The position numbers and the translations under genes were made by a program. The notes under the pieces were generated by a model. It worked only from the letters and a program-made list of their open reading frames with translations. It was not told the origin of the DNA and made no database searches. DNA of 64,000 nt, taken from positions 6,014,001 through 6,078,000 of the forward strand of contig NC_092671.1 in the NCBI RefSeq assembly GCF_964355755.1. The letters run 5' to 3'. Below are positions 13,601-28,585 of this stretch, piece by piece (the first letter of the stretch is position 1; every line of letters starts with the position of its first letter). This stretch comes from Antedon mediterranea. Taxonomy: Eukaryota; Animalia; Echinodermata.

Positions 13601-16239
13601 TTGGTAAAATGTTAAACAATTAATGCTTGCGAAAATACATCTAACATTTATAATTGCGACAATTCCATTGATGATCAAAAAGGTATTGTAGTCTGAAATT
13701 TGCTAAATAAATGGGTTTTAAAATTAATTTTAAATGAGTGGTGAAAGAGAGTATAATTTCTCTTAAAATATAGCGTTTTGGAAAGAAAACAAATCCATTA
13801 AAAAAAATATTTAAAAAAATTGATATGCATGTGCTGTCAATAATTTTACTGTTAAGTTTAGAATTGATATTTATTATTTATAATTTACATAAAAATTGAC
13901 TTCATTCATAAAATATAGTGCATTATTAAAGTATACAATAACTGTTATTTAAGGTTTAGACATAACCTTCACATAGTAGTTACATAAATAAGTTCACAAA
14001 ATAATAAATCAATTTCTATAACAAAGATTGCATTTCTGTTGCCTATTTTACCACAAGTTGTACTTGACCCTAGTCAGCGCTTTTTCTGAATAGTATTTAT
14101 AACAAGTATAGAATATGTTTTTATTGGCACGGCATATCAGTAATATATTGAACAATTGTTGTGATGAAAGGCGTTCACGTCGATTGAACAAGCTTTGTGT
14201 CCATCAGGTTTCACCGTCAATTGATACAGGAAAGTGTGCGCACTAATTGTGCAATATCCTTCTACGTTTTGAAAGGATTTATACGCAGTCTGTAATCTTA
14301 GATGATGTATTGTAAATTTAAAACCTGTCTAGAAAAATTCTAATTCTAAGCATTACACATCGGTACAAGATCAAAATATTTTTGAAATTGTAAATCGTAA
14401 TTATGTTTTCATCGGCTTGTATTCGAAAGATTTTAATAAAAGGAATTGATTTCAGTACAAAAATATAACATACTGTTCGTCTGTATGAAGCAGTGCCTTC
14501 TCCTTTACCCCCCCCCCCTGCCCTTTTTCCTCTCATTCTTCTTTCCCCCCTCCCCTTTTTCATGGAATGAGGATAAAGTCACTAACATTTAGAGTCGGCC
14601 TATATCATTTGTAAGAATGTTTATACTGTACTCTTGTTCATGAAAAAAGCTTTTTGATAATGAAAATGTTACAATGGAAAGGAAAATAATAGATAATCCA
14701 TTTGTTTAAAATCAGAATACTGAATAAATATTTATTTTAAATGTATTTAGTAGAATAACAAAATGCCTTTACTTTACGATTTATGCAGTATTTTGGGCGA
14801 TGACCAAGATCCCAATGATTCCACCCATTTTGTACTATTTCCAAAGTTAAAGTTGAAATCAGCTAGGGCCATACCAGAAATTATTACAAAATTCTGTAAA
14901 GCCAAAAATAAAATGCTTTGTGGGTCACGTGTTTAGCTAGAAAATTATGTAAACAACATGTGTAAAGATAAAGAAATAAAAAATTAAAAACATTTTTTTC
15001 AATTTTTTTTTCAAATATTGTACACAATACACATATGTATCCATAAAGTTCAGCGCCATTCAGGTCATACAGTAAAAAACACCCAGACAATTTCTGTCAA
15101 TATTTTCCCGATAACAAGCAATAATACTTGACTTTAGATTCACTGGTATGGTAATTTAATCATGTTTTTCTATCTACAGTCTGTAGTGAGATATTCTAAA
15201 AAAAAAATTGTTTATAAGAATTTTCTATGAAACATGGAATGACAAATTCAACTTTTTGGTGAAGTATTATGTACTAAAACTAGAGAGTCAACTACATGGA
15301 TTATTTATAGAATAGCATTGATACGCTCAACATGTGGGTAATGCGGTGTGTGACTGAATAGGGGCCACGATTTCAACTGGCATATCCGATTGACCGATTA
15401 CGGAAGCACCCACTAGTGGTCCCTCTCTAAAGGTAGATCGCTGTTGTTTAAAACTGCTATGACTGGACCATATTAAATATTCTTTTATCAACATAGTCTT
15501 GGACAGTTGTAGGTACAAGTCCTTGGTGTGTCGAGCGTAATCAGCAATGATGGTCGAACCAACTAGCCACTGCCGGAAGAAGCCAGTCGTGGCGTTAATT
15601 TACCTGTTAATTGCAACTGAAAAGCTACACGATGAATTACATGATTTTAAAGACTATCCCAGCTGTAATCTTTTGTGTTCAATACTTTGTAATTGAACAC
15701 GACAGTTTATTCAACATTATGACAGTTTAAAATATTCAATAGAACATCCTGCTTAAGGTAGTTGAATCAGAGAGGTTAGGAACTGACAATCAACGCAGTA
15801 ATTAAAACGAAAACGCCCTCCGTTGACAGATGGCTGACAACTGTCGTCAAACCACATCAGGGGGGTCAAACGATCAATAAATTGGGGCTTACGCAGATCA
15901 TTAGGGAATTTAGGATTTAACTGATGACGTGAACAAAATCATTTGTATTAAATCTATTTTAGACTTTGTATAGTAAATATTCCACAAGTCGGATTGTGTG
16001 CTCAGTTTAATAAGGCTTCCTATTTTTTAAATCGACATTAGTGTGTATTGTAGTGTACAATATATAGTAACAAATCTCATTTACATACATGTGTGACCCA
16101 ACAGTTCATACTTCGGGTTGTTACTAATGATACTATCAATATCATGTTCTACTTTGTTTCTGATGAGTCACAAACAAGTAAACATAGCATCAAGGATCAT
16201 TTTTTATGGCATGATATTCACAAAACTTCCTAAAACCAA

Positions 16240-16730
16240 TGGTATTTGTAACAACAGACCATTTTAATGTTTGTAATCATGAGATACATGTTGTGTTCAT
16301 TTAACAATACAAATATAGAGCAAATGTTAATCTGTAAAAGGTCCAAATAGCTAAACAAATCCAGATGAAAATACTTTATTATGACAAGAGAGCATTTTAA
16401 TGCTTTTATGAAATACATTTTGTGTTCATCTAATAATAAAAAATGTATTGAGTAAATGTAAATCAGTAAAAAAGTTCCAAATAGTTAAAAATCCAGATGA
16501 AAATACTCTATTATGACAACAGAGCATTTTCAATTTCATGCTTGTATGAAATACATTTTGTGTAGAGTAAAAATTAAAATATGTAGAGTAAATATGAATC
16601 GGTAAAAGGTGCAAATAGTTACAAATTGTAGGGGAAAGTACTCTAATATGACAGCATTTAATTGCTTGTATGTAATACATTTTGTGTTGAGTAAAAAATA
16701 AAAATATGTAAGTAAATGTGAATCGGTAAA
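16240..16730. repeat. Degenerate tandem repeat, ~130-bp unit, ~3.5 copies
   Basis: Recurring ATACATTTTGTGT, AAATCCAGATGAAAATACT and TATGACA..AGCATTT blocks. Confidence 0.7.
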
Positions 16731-17511
16731 TTGTAGTGGAAAGTATGATATATTTATTCGACTGATAAACTTTTAAACTTTTCAACTAAGTGAGAGGGAG
16801 TGCAGTGATTAACGCAATCAGTGTTTAGCCACAATGTTTTTTGGTACACCCTATATCAGAGGTCATGTAAGAGATATGTGAGGATTAACAAATCATCAGT
16901 CACAGATCCTCTCACATAAAAAGTATACTTAAACTTTCCAGTACACCAAATTAGAGGTCAAACACGAGAGGAGATTAGTGGCTCATTGGTATAATGGCAC
17001 TTGTGAGGAAGTGGTCTTAAATTTGACATTTGGCTTGTACTTGTCAAATGCCTTTACCTATAATTGTAACCTGTTGCAATTTTTACTGATTATAAATTTT
17101 ATATGAAATGAAAATTTATTTCCTTAAAAAATTATGTTTATGACAAGTTTTTACCCAAATTTATCATTTATTTAATTACCACTGTTATTTACTAGGATTT
17201 GGACTTTCATAAGTCATAAGTGTATTATTATTGTTATTGCAAATATATTGCAGCGGGATAAAACCACTCCCCCCTTTACAGTAGAACTCCTCCTTTGGGA
17301 CATCCATATTCAGGGGACATCCCTATTTAAGTGGATACTTTACCATGAAATGATCGAGAGTGATGTATGGTTTTAACCCAACCTTAGAAGCACCCCCTGA
17401 ACAGTTAAAGACATTTTATTTCAACCAATGTTATGACAGTGTGTGTAGAAATTATAAGATGTAACATAGAAAGCTTATTATAGAAATATGCACTATAAGT
17501 ATAAACTGTTA

Positions 17512-17981
17512 ATAGAGAGGTTTCGCAATCTTACGAATACGATAACGAAAACGGATACGTCACGCACACATATTCGTTTTCGTAAGCCATAAAAAAATCT
17601 GTTTCGCATGGCAACGAAATATTGAGGCGCGTCCAAAATATGACTGCGGTAAATTTGAGCGAAGCGCAGGTAGGTGTTGCTTGGTGCTTGGCTGCCTAGG
17701 CCTAGCGTAACATCAAAGCGAGTGAGGACTTCTATTTATCAAAATTGACTTGAATAAATCTATAATTATATTATAATCATGAACCATTCCTGATTCAAAT
17801 GCAAAATGTGCAAAATAGATAAAAAAACTATACTCGTTTCATAGTTATGAATATGACTGGTGATATTTGTCAACACGAATACGCTTTACGAATATGAAAT
17901 GGGGATCAGCTCAAAAGTTTCACAAATGTATGACGTATCCCTTTTCGTTATCGTATTCGTAAGGTTGCGAAACCTCCCTAT
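17512..17981. mobile_element. MITE with ~50-bp TIRs (2-bp AT or TA TSD; ISL2EU/Harbinger-like or Tc1/mariner-like)
   Basis: ATAGAGAGGTTTCGCAATCTTACGAATACGATAACGAAAACGGATACGTCA at the left and its near-perfect reverse complement ending at 17981. Confidence 0.85.
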
Positions 17982-20900
17982 TGAAAAGACACAAGGTATT
18001 CTACAGTGTTTCCAGCATTCAGGATAGGGTTTATATTGAAGTCAGTACAGCAATTGTGATTGAATGTCATCCCACTTTCCATTCAAAATACACAGCTCAC
18101 CTACTTACGCTGTAAAGTTTAAACATTGCGTGCTGCATTATAGTACACTCATGTTTGTTTAAGGATTTACTGAAAGTTGTAAGCAATTGGGAAAAAAATG
18201 AAATGCTTGCACAACTTGGCTCTGGCTATGCAAACAGGAAGAACAGAAATCTAGTTTTGTTTGACCTTATCGTGGTCAGATCCAAATTGTTATTCAAAAA
18301 GGAAAGCTTATTTCGGTTGCACTGTAGTATAAGTCAACCTTCGTAGTATCGCTAAAAATAAACTTTTGACACGCTAACAATGTATGGTGAGACAATACAT
18401 TTATATATTATAGCATACATTTCCATTTTAAATTATTTTTCTAGATTATTCTTTAGAGAAAACAAAACTTTTTAACAATTTCTTCTTATTTTCATCTAAA
18501 AATACATTACATATCCAAAGATTGTTCCTGTTAATCTACTATTTGATTCATGCCATTGTTTATTAGTTGTATTCATTAATTGATTATAAATATGTATTTA
18601 GGTACTGGTATACATACATTTTAAATATCTTATTTGTATCTGTCTACGAAATAGCATTGCGCATCTGAAATATGATTTTAACTGTCAAAATACGTCAAAA
18701 ATATATAGAAGCTATCACCCCTCGGTTGTGATGGTTATCAGAAATTAAACTCATCATGTTACATAATTATGATATTTGTTTGATTTTTTTTTTATTGAAC
18801 AAAAGTGAAATATAAAATGAATGATACCCATTGTATCTTTGAACTTTTGAGTCATCTCATTTGAAATCGTATTTTCTTAATTCCCAATTGTATATTTTAT
18901 ATAAATTTCCATTCAAATGCAAACACGCTTTTTTATGAATGGTTCAACTTTAGTGCATCAGCACATAATAAAGAAACGAGGGATCTATTAATGTTTAATT
19001 CTCCTTTTGTTTTTCTTTGTTTCACCGTAAACACATAAAGGAAAGAAACGGCTCCATCGTATAGTAAAAATTTGCATATCTGCTAAAAGATCTATTTGTG
19101 AACCATAAATTGATAGATTTATCATTATCGGTTGAGATGCTTCATACAAAGCGTAATGATAATGTCCATCGAGTCAAATTCAAATACAGTTGTACATGAC
19201 ATTCAACATGATCAGTCTGTTCCACGATAAATCTAGGGTTAGTACGATTGATAATCATTTAAGTACGCTAAATTAATTTTGAAAAAACATCCTGCATATA
19301 AAGGACTTTTTTCGTACGTTGTCGTTTATCCTTTTAGAGTTAAACTCGTAATCGTAGACATTTTTAGAGTCAACAGAACATTCAAAGTTTGACGTCCTTC
19401 TCAAAGTATGATGTTTACGTTGTAACTAATCTAATAGGTACTCCTGGCGATTTCCATCATTTTGTTTGGTTGTCTGTTGTTGCGTCTAAAAATAAAACCA
19501 AATTATTGATTAGCTTACTCAAATCTATCGTAGCATTAGTAGCAATACATTTAAAATGTAATTAAATTCTCCAAACTCTCTTTTTTTTGGTGTTTTTTTA
19601 GCTACAGTAGTATTAGGGAAGTCAATAATTAAGCCTGATTACAATTAAATGTATATACAGTACTTCTAGCGATAGTTCCCGTCTTCGACGAGGAGACTTG
19701 CTGATTAACAAACTCATGTTATAACTTGAACATTTTAATTTTATTAAATTTATTTATTAACATTTTTTGTATCGATTATACACTATTTAACTACCAATTC
19801 AATGGTCTAGTCTTTAAACAAACAGGTCGAAGTTGGTGTGAACCGCAGATGGCATAATGGCTTAACCTTTGTCCATTCATTCCTCTATTTGTCCACTTGA
19901 TTTATTGGACATTTGGATCAAATTTCTAACCAGTAGCCTTCATTATTCTGACCATTATACTGAGATAATGAAGCGAATGACTTTTTTCTTTTGACGCAAG
20001 ATTCAAGCAAGATGTTGCAATTTCCTTTGAAGAGTTCATTTATACCTGGCAAGGTTAGCCAAATTAGTTATATAATTGATCCTGTGTTATAATTATTATT
20101 AGACAAAATTTATGGTAAGATAAATGTATAGAATACTTCCTTTCCATGCTGCCTTATTCTTCTTAGTATTTAGTAGTACTTCCCAGACTTCACAGCTTAG
20201 TGTACATTGGGAATTGTTCTTATCTTCAACCCGGGTCTTTCTTTATGACAGTTTCCGCAATCCCTTCAAATATTTAACTATCATTTTCTAGCGCAACCCC
20301 TTGATCGGTTCTGTATAAATATGTGAAATGAAAATTTTAAAAATAGATAAAATGTCATCAACCACTATACAATTGTATATATTTATTTGTTTCAAAATTA
20401 AATGTATCATTGTCTGATAAGCAAATTATAACTTTAGATTTTGATGAATTTGTCAAATAAACTTTAAAATCTTTACGTCAATCTGTCGACACCGTTAAAG
20501 TATTTTCATAACATATAAATAGTGTTTTTGATAAAATGTTTTTTAATTTGGTTTTAATTAGTCAATCTACACTGTTGCGTAATACAAGATATTTTGAACA
20601 CACCTTGATATGTTTATTATGTTTAATTGCCATTCACACTTCATAAAAATTCATAGGGTTTTTTTTTCAATGTTATTTTGTCTAAGTGGCTTGTCTCGTT
20701 TATCAATTAGAATGCTTTAACAAACTTCATTTCAAAGAACTTAAATCACTATGTGTACTTTCTTGTTTTTTAACTAATTTTTTATTTTTTTTATTTTTTA
20801 AGTACTTTATACGATGCTTTCTATTTTTAAAGTTTTCTTTTAAAAAGTTTTTGCATGAAATCTCAAAATACGCTCCTTCGTCTTGCCTTTTTGTTTTTGT

Positions 20901-21759
20901 TTTTTTGCTTGGTAGAGGGAAGATCAATTTCTATGTAATTGTAGAAATTGAATCTGTTGAACTCATCAATCTTGCTCATATGAATCATTAGTGCCACTCT
21001 GGTATGATGGGTGATCAACATGCTAGGGGTTTGGTTCAGACCTTGGATGCGTCATAGAGGATTTTGCACCAAACCAAAAATGTTAAGAAATAATCGCTTG
21101 TTTTGCTCTTATTAAGAGCACTTAAAGTAAAACTTAAATAAAAACATCCATAGATCTACTTCATAATAATGTCTATACATCACTATTATTAATGAATGTA
21201 AGTAGGAATATCACATAGTGATTGAGGTGTTGTGTACATTCAAGGACAATGTCTGTTATGAAGATGAAATCTAGGATTGATTGCTAAAAAGTTTCCAGTC
21301 AAACATACTACCTCTGATTGTGCACGTTTCTGATACATTAATAAACACATTATGGTGTTTATGTCAAACATAACGGTTTATGCGTTTATACATCAGCGTT
21401 ACGCATGAACCATTCCCGTAAGCTCTCGCTCACGTTGGCCGTCTCCGAGGTGAGATTCTGTAATGTGTTTTGCAGAAAATATAAGTTTATCCCTTTTTAT
21501 TAGAAAATACGAGAGCAGTTTTGCAATGATGAATCGCAAAGCGCACGCCAAGCATTTCTGAATGTCAAGGTGAAAGCTGTTAAGTAATTCTGATGTAGGC
21601 AAATAGATTACTAGATTAATGTATTTTATGTAATGGAAGTCTGCTTCTAGTCTCTCATTGGATTATTCTATCTATTTTTGTGTTATTGTTATGCTCGGTA
21701 CTTTTAACATTGTACATCAGAAATAAATATAAATTGGAATTTCCTATGAATGTAAATTT

Positions 21760-22062
21760 GTTAAATTAAAGTCTTTTAAATTATCATTATTAATTGTTAA
21801 ATTTGATATTCATATTGTTTGTTAAAAAATATATTTTTGGAAGAAAAAATATGTTTGATAGGACAGATAAAACCCCTTAAAGTGAACTTTTTTGTAATAT
21901 TAAATTAACCATTATTAGATTAAAGTCTTTTAAATTATTATTAGTTGTTGAATTTGATATTCATATTTTTGTTACAAATTATGTTTTTGGAAGAAGAAAA
22001 TATGTTTGATAGCGCAGATAAAAAACCTTTCTGTCTCAAATTGAACTTTGTAATATTAAATA
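21760..22062. repeat. Local tandem duplication, ~155 bp x2
   Basis: ATTAAAGTCTTTTAAATTAT...ATTTGATATTCATATT...TTTTTGGAAGAA...ATATGTTTGATAG...TGAACTTT occurs twice. Confidence 0.8.
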
Positions 22063-25000
22063 ATTTCCTTGTTATTTAAGAGGTTTGGATTCATCACCTG
22101 TCAGAAGTTGTCAAGAGAAAGTAAAACAATGAGGTCACCCAATAGTACATCAAAAGGGTCGTACCAAATCTTATAAAATGTATCACTTCAAGTTCAATTC
22201 AGATTTTATACAAAAAAATGTAATTCATTAATCATCGGTCAATTTAGTATTTTTCTGTTTAAATTCTGTTAGGAAAGTAGTGATCCTGTATCCTGTATGA
22301 AATGTATCGAAACCAGTGATATAATTGGCAAACTAACTACTCGCCATATATTGTAGTTGTTGTCTTATGACTACACATGCTTAGATTGTTTTTATTAGAA
22401 TTGTTAGTGATATTTCAAATTTAGTACGATTATTTTAAAATTCAACATAAAAAGTGAATTATTTATGAACAAAATACCAGATAGATGCCAACTTTGGCAT
22501 GTATATAAAGGGAAGCCATGTCAGTACCTTAGTCATACTTGATTTTTTAAATAAAATTGTTGTTGACAAATTTATTCTCCTGTGGCGTTTTGACCTGGTA
22601 CAAAAGGTCCATGTTTTAATTGCATACTGTCATCGTGTTTTTATTTAATATAATTTTGTTTTAAAATCTTTACATGAATTAAAACAATATATATTGACAG
22701 ATGACAATTGTAATTGCCACCAAATAAATTTGACGTTTGTCATAACATTTTCTAATGAATCATTTTATACATGTTTGCGACTTATTTATGTAAGGGAGGT
22801 TTTTTTTAGTTTTTGAACTTGGAATTGTATTTTTTCTAAAAGATTAACTGCTGAATTTTTTTAATATCTGTCAAAAAAACTTCACAATAGTGTGCATGTC
22901 ACAAGAGGGCAGTATACTTTTTCTTGCAATAAACATTTTTCTACCAACACACACAGAGAAAAATTAAGAAAACTAAATTATTTTAAATTATTTATTCGAC
23001 AACAAAAATGTCCTGAAGTAAGCCACCATATCATGATATGTCTAGGACCCAGAAGAACTTAAATACATAGAATTATTTATCAATATATGATATACATTTA
23101 AAAACATATACAACTGGTTTTGACACTCTGTAATGATAACAAATTAAGTTTAACTTAGAGGAGAAGATTATATTCCCCTTTCTAACAAAATACATTTTAT
23201 AAAAAATATCTGCAGTACTCCCAATGATTGATTATAGTTTTGTTGCTTGTAAATAGTTTAATTTAGTAAACTATGTTTTCATTTTAAAATTTCCTGTTTT
23301 GTTTCTGTACTACACCGATTTTTTTGTGAGTGCAAGTGTAAATAAAGTACAGAAATATAATAATAATATAATATTATTTTATTATATTATATAAATAATG
23401 AATTTTTGTATACATTATGGAATGAATAAAGATGGGAGAGACCCATAAAAGATTTAAAAAAATAAAGTACAGAAATATTTACTTTAGTGCAGTGTCCACG
23501 ATCACAATGAATACGTTGTAGTAAAAAAAAAAAAAAACTCTGTATCACTAAATGTCATAATCATTCAGTTAATTTGTTTTTCTCAACAACTTTTCCCAAA
23601 TGATTTTAAATGACCTGTCTAAAACTTGAACATTCCTGCAATCTACATTTTGATTGCCTTTCATAGTCGTTTACTTTGCGCAGCAGCGCTATAACGCGCT
23701 AATAAGGATTACCAGTCTCCTGCCAATGTCGTAACTGACGGCGAACTTGCAATCTCTCATCTATTTTAATTGTATATTGCTTCAATTTTATGAGTATAGT
23801 CATTGTATAACAATTCCTAGATTGCCGTACTCCGATCCTTAGAGAAAATAAGTTTAACCCTTAACTTAATTTTATTTGAAATAATAGTTGTTAAATTGTT
23901 TTTGAACCAATGTCAATTGAAACGCTATCAACTAAGTCAATATTTTTCTTTTTAAACATATACTAAATTGGGGCGCCATCTACCCAGCTACCCCTAAGGG
24001 ATTAGCGTCATTGTCATTGATAATCTGGTCATTCACCCCCTTCCTAAGATAGGAATACCTCTATCCATACAAATTGGGTCAATGGGTGAATAACCTCAAG
24101 TTTATATAGTCACTGAATATTAGATTTTCTGTTTTATTTCTCAGTAGACAATTATATTCCAAAATGTGTGTTTACACAGTGCATATTTTCAAGGTCATGA
24201 TAATGTCATTGATGTTCAATTGCATGATAAAATGTTTGTTCTGCTTTAATAAACTTCTTGTTATTATTGATATATCTCTTATTTTTTAGTACTTTTAAGT
24301 TTAGGTTTATTTAATTATATTTAGAAAACTGTAATTTCTCATAATTTTCATATAATATTTGAAATTTCTTATAAATACTATAGAGGGAGACAAACATATA
24401 CAATTTTATATATTTTTAGATAATATTAATTTATTCATATAATTATAGTATAGTTTATAGTTAATGAATATTTTGTTTTTAACGCTGTGTACTCTTACTA
24501 TGGCAAATGATGTATTGAAGATTTAAATTTATTGATTTAAATTTATTGAAAATCCTGTATTGCAGTCTACTGCATTTTAATTGGGTATGTCAAGACATGG
24601 TCAAGGTTATCATTATCAATAGAGCTGTTTTATGGTGTTTACTAATACTATGATTGGTACATTTGTTATGTTTTCATACAACATAAAATGTGGTAATTAA
24701 ACCTCAAGAACTCAAACATTACGGTCAATTAATTTACCACAGAGTTTTTAAAAGAACTATTTTTGTTGATTGATGCCATTGATTAAATGAACATTGAGTT
24801 TTGTTTTGTGTGTTTTTTAAAAAGCATATTAAAGAGTAGGTACAGTTTGTTGAAATTTCTATGTTTAATGATAATATAAAAAAACGAATGAATAAATGAA
24901 AACGGAACCCAAGAAAAGAAAAACATAATAGCCTTTTATACATCTTATTTTTAAGCTTGTTATTACTATTCTATACTAAAAGTGAATAAGATTTATTTAT

Positions 25001-26765
25001 AGTGTTTGAATGAATCATTTATGCCTCAAAGAATTTGCCTTGCTGTTTTGTTTTCTTCTGCTTGTTTTTATTCAGTCGCCTTGAGTTGACTGTTATAGTT
25101 TTATTTGACTATTGTATACCAATCTCTCTGCTTCCTTTTTAAATCGGAAGTGGTTTTCAGCGCACGAAAGGAACTAGATTATTGGTCTTAACAGTTCTGT
25201 GAATTGAATTATCTGTGAATTAATTTTTGATTTTACATAGAATTATTACCATCTTCCATATGTTATCAATCGTATATTAATAATCTACAGTATATTAATG
25301 CCATTATTTAGCCATTTCAGAAATAACTCTGTTTACACCACATTGGAACATCCATCCTTCAATTCCTTTATATATTTTTATTTTATTTCATGTCAATTTT
25401 CATGAAATTTGGCAGCAATGTGTATTGTCTTTTTTGTATTTTACATCTGCATATTGCTCATTTTAATATTTAAATAAATCCTTTTTAGTGTGGTGTTTGC
25501 TTTTCCCATTTATACAATGGTGCTTACCCAGTCAGAAATGTTTAATGTAAAGGGCTAGTTAGGAATATGAACTGCTAAGGACAAGGTTGGTCTATTCCAC
25601 TTTTATAATAGGGGTTTATAATACTGGCTGAAATTATGTGCAAATATTTTGATTATAACGCTTATAAATACCATAAATGTTTTACATGTCTCCCTCTCAT
25701 ACAACCGAAACTGTTTATTAAAACCAATAAAACGCTTTCAAAACATTTTTCTTCAACTTTTATAAGCATTTAGTATTTATTTCACAATTATTTTTAATAT
25801 TAATAACAAAACAGCCAATTAAAAATAACAATTGAATTATCGGCTCCTAAAAAATTCTGACCTTAATCAAGAAGACCTATATATTTTAATAGTTTGTGAT
25901 ACTTACTATGTAAATTTTGCTGTGAGGTTATTTTGATAATTGTTCTATTGATACTTAAATAAATATTGTACTTCATCATCAATGTTTTGATTTTTAATAT
26001 ATTACGTTAATATAATTATTAATGACTTTGAATTTTGTGCTATTTCTACAAACATTTTAGAAACAAACGATTCTTCTCTAAAGCATCATTCCATTTGTTT
26101 CCAATTTTATGCAACAATTTCATTCAATTACTCAAATAACACTAATTGTATCCCGGTGTATTCTTTTAACTCAATACATATGTTACTAATTATAACAGTT
26201 TTATGCATCCTAAAAACTTTCAAATTCTTTTTTAAACTTCAAAAACTTTAATCGTATTTACAACTGGGGCATAACTATACACTGTGTAAGAATGCCTGAT
26301 ATTAGTTTGAGGTGAATGCCCGCTCGGTCATTGAACTTCACCACATGTGGGGTGAATTTCTATACTATTAAAAGTAGTACAGATTTATAATGTACCTGTT
26401 CTGATCACATGACTATACATCCTGGTCATATAAAATCGTAAAAACTGACACAATAATATTGACTTTAGATATGTCATACTGAATATGGATAGTGATCTCA
26501 TTAATATTCATGAACATATAAACAACCCACATACGTGTGGGACAGTATGTACAAAGTATAAACTGATCCAACAATCAATAATGTGAAAGGTATAGCAAAT
26601 AGAGTCTGTCTTCTTCAGTACAGAAAATAAAATGAAAGTAGAATAGGAAGAACCAGAATGAAAACGAAGAATGCATCTTTTATTTCTTTTAAATTTGATT
26701 TAAAAGAAAGAAGTACAATTCAGTAAAGGAAATAATAATAAAGAGATGATGATAAAAGATGATAA

Positions 26766-26922
26766 AGCTCTGTCTACACTATCAAACTTTATGTGACAAA
26801 CAAATGTGCGTGCCCATATATAAATGATGATGTTGTATCAGTGCCATATTTGAGCATACCACTACCATATTTGGGCACATCACACTTTGTTGTCAAACTA
26901 ATTTGATAGTGTAAACAGAGCT
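26766..26922. mobile_element. PIF/Harbinger(Tourist)-like MITE, copy 1 of 4
   Basis: TAA|AGCTCTGTCTACACTATCAAA ... TTTGATAGTGTAAACAGAGCT|TAA; internal CCATATTTG(G/A)GCA repeats. Confidence 0.8.
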
Positions 26923-27679
26923 TAATATATTGAAATAGCTTTTCATTGAAATTCAACAACTTCCAGTTAATCTTCTATTCCCCCTGTGTATTTCCTTGAA
27001 TGAATGCTACATTGCAGACTGGTGTGTCACTGTTTTTATTAGCTGAACGTTTTAAATAATTTCAAACAGTCACTGTTCAATCTGTAAGCATGTAATTATA
27101 TCTCTTCCTTATTTTAATGATCTTTTTCTACTACCATATAATGATAACTATCAATAATTGGTTACCGGTAATCTGTTATTTTTCGTGCTGTAGAAATAGG
27201 TGTTGAATGGCAAATAATATCCTATTATTAAAGCTGTGTTTTACCTTGCTAAAAATAATAATACTGTGCATTGTGTGTAAGTAATGACAATTTATATACA
27301 CTGACAAGATTTCTTTAGAGAACTCAATTCAATTTTCAGTGTTGTATCATCACATACCAGTATATCACACTATTTGCCCATCATATTCATAGGAATATAT
27401 AGCAAGGTGTCTGTATCATGTAAGGTTAGGTTGGGTATGATACTAGATGATACATGTGAAACACATGTGATGCTGTATTACAGAATTTTTCTATGATACT
27501 GGTGGAATCTAGATATAGTATTGAAAATCGGTGTAATAACAATAGTATAGTGCAGACAATGATTAGATATGAAATCTTTTGTTTCTGATTATCAAGTAAT
27601 AGCACTCTGAATACATAGGCTCTACCTTCCAAAAGTACAGATTATCATTTATACAAATTTATATATTTGTCTATTCTTA

Positions 27680-27816
27680 AGCTCTGTCTACACTATAAAA
27701 CTAGTTCGACAAAAAGTGTGATGTGCCCAAATATGATAGTGATATGACATCATCATGTCTATAATGGGTACATCACATTTTTTTTGTGCATAAAGTTTGA
27801 TGGTGTAGACAGAGCT
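27680..27816. mobile_element. Same MITE family, copy 2 (opposite orientation)
   Basis: AGCTCTGTCTACACTAT ... GGTGTAGACAGAGCT with internal GATGTGCCCAAATATGATAGTGATATGACATCATCA. Confidence 0.8.
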
Positions 27817-28585
27817 CAGTAGTTTAGCCATTTTTCATTTCATCAGCATATAACCAGGTAACCTCTTCTTTTCCTGATAAAAAGGTAGTGCACATTTGTA
27901 ACAGTTAGTATGACCTTTGAGTTCAACAGTCATTACACTTTGACAACTTCAAGTTTTTTATTGATAATTTATTTGATGTCCAGTTAACATTATTGGTCTC
28001 TCAGTCTCAATAAAGAAATCCATTTTCTGTTGCTATCTTCTGATGGCCAATGCAATGTTGAAATAGGTTATTATACAGCTGATCATAACCCGGACACCAT
28101 TTAATTTATTCAATCATATATTATATAATAATGGTCTGGTATAATAATGGTTCATAATCTTTATTATCAGATTGAGTGTTGACCTGGATTATTTTGTTTG
28201 TTTATTTTCGACATGACGCTTATGAGAGTTGACAAAAACGAGAGATGCAAAATCAGTCTGGAAACCCATCGATATACAACCTATGTATCACACTACACTT
28301 ACATTGCTTTGTGCTAATTAACAAATATTGTGCATGGATGCGTCTTGCTAATTTTATGACAGTCATAGCACATATAAACAATACTACCGTATTTGATTCA
28401 GGATATTTTAAAATGTGTTCATCTCTGAAGTGACAGATAGTGTGGGTACCAAAGCTTATTAGGGTGGGTGGCGTGTTAAACCGTTAATATTTTATGGTTA
28501 AAATTAGTAAACAAATAATTCAACTTTAATAGATACAATCCATTTCCACAAATAATCATTAATGTTAAGATATCTCATGGCATAT

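Noticed and set aside
14495-14562. C-rich pyrimidine tract (G4/H-DNA potential) and its 81-aa minus-strand ORF
   Set aside because: Low-complexity sequence with no supporting context.
16160-16190. CTGATGAG as a hammerhead ribozyme core (other CTGATGA hits at ~15921, ~38300, ~53732)
   Set aside because: No stem II followed by GAAA and no flanking stems were found at any of these sites.
17279-17345. TA-CAGTAGAAC pogo-like terminus, with a related stretch near 61706-61775
   Set aside because: Too decayed and no matching opposite TIR, so boundaries cannot be supported.
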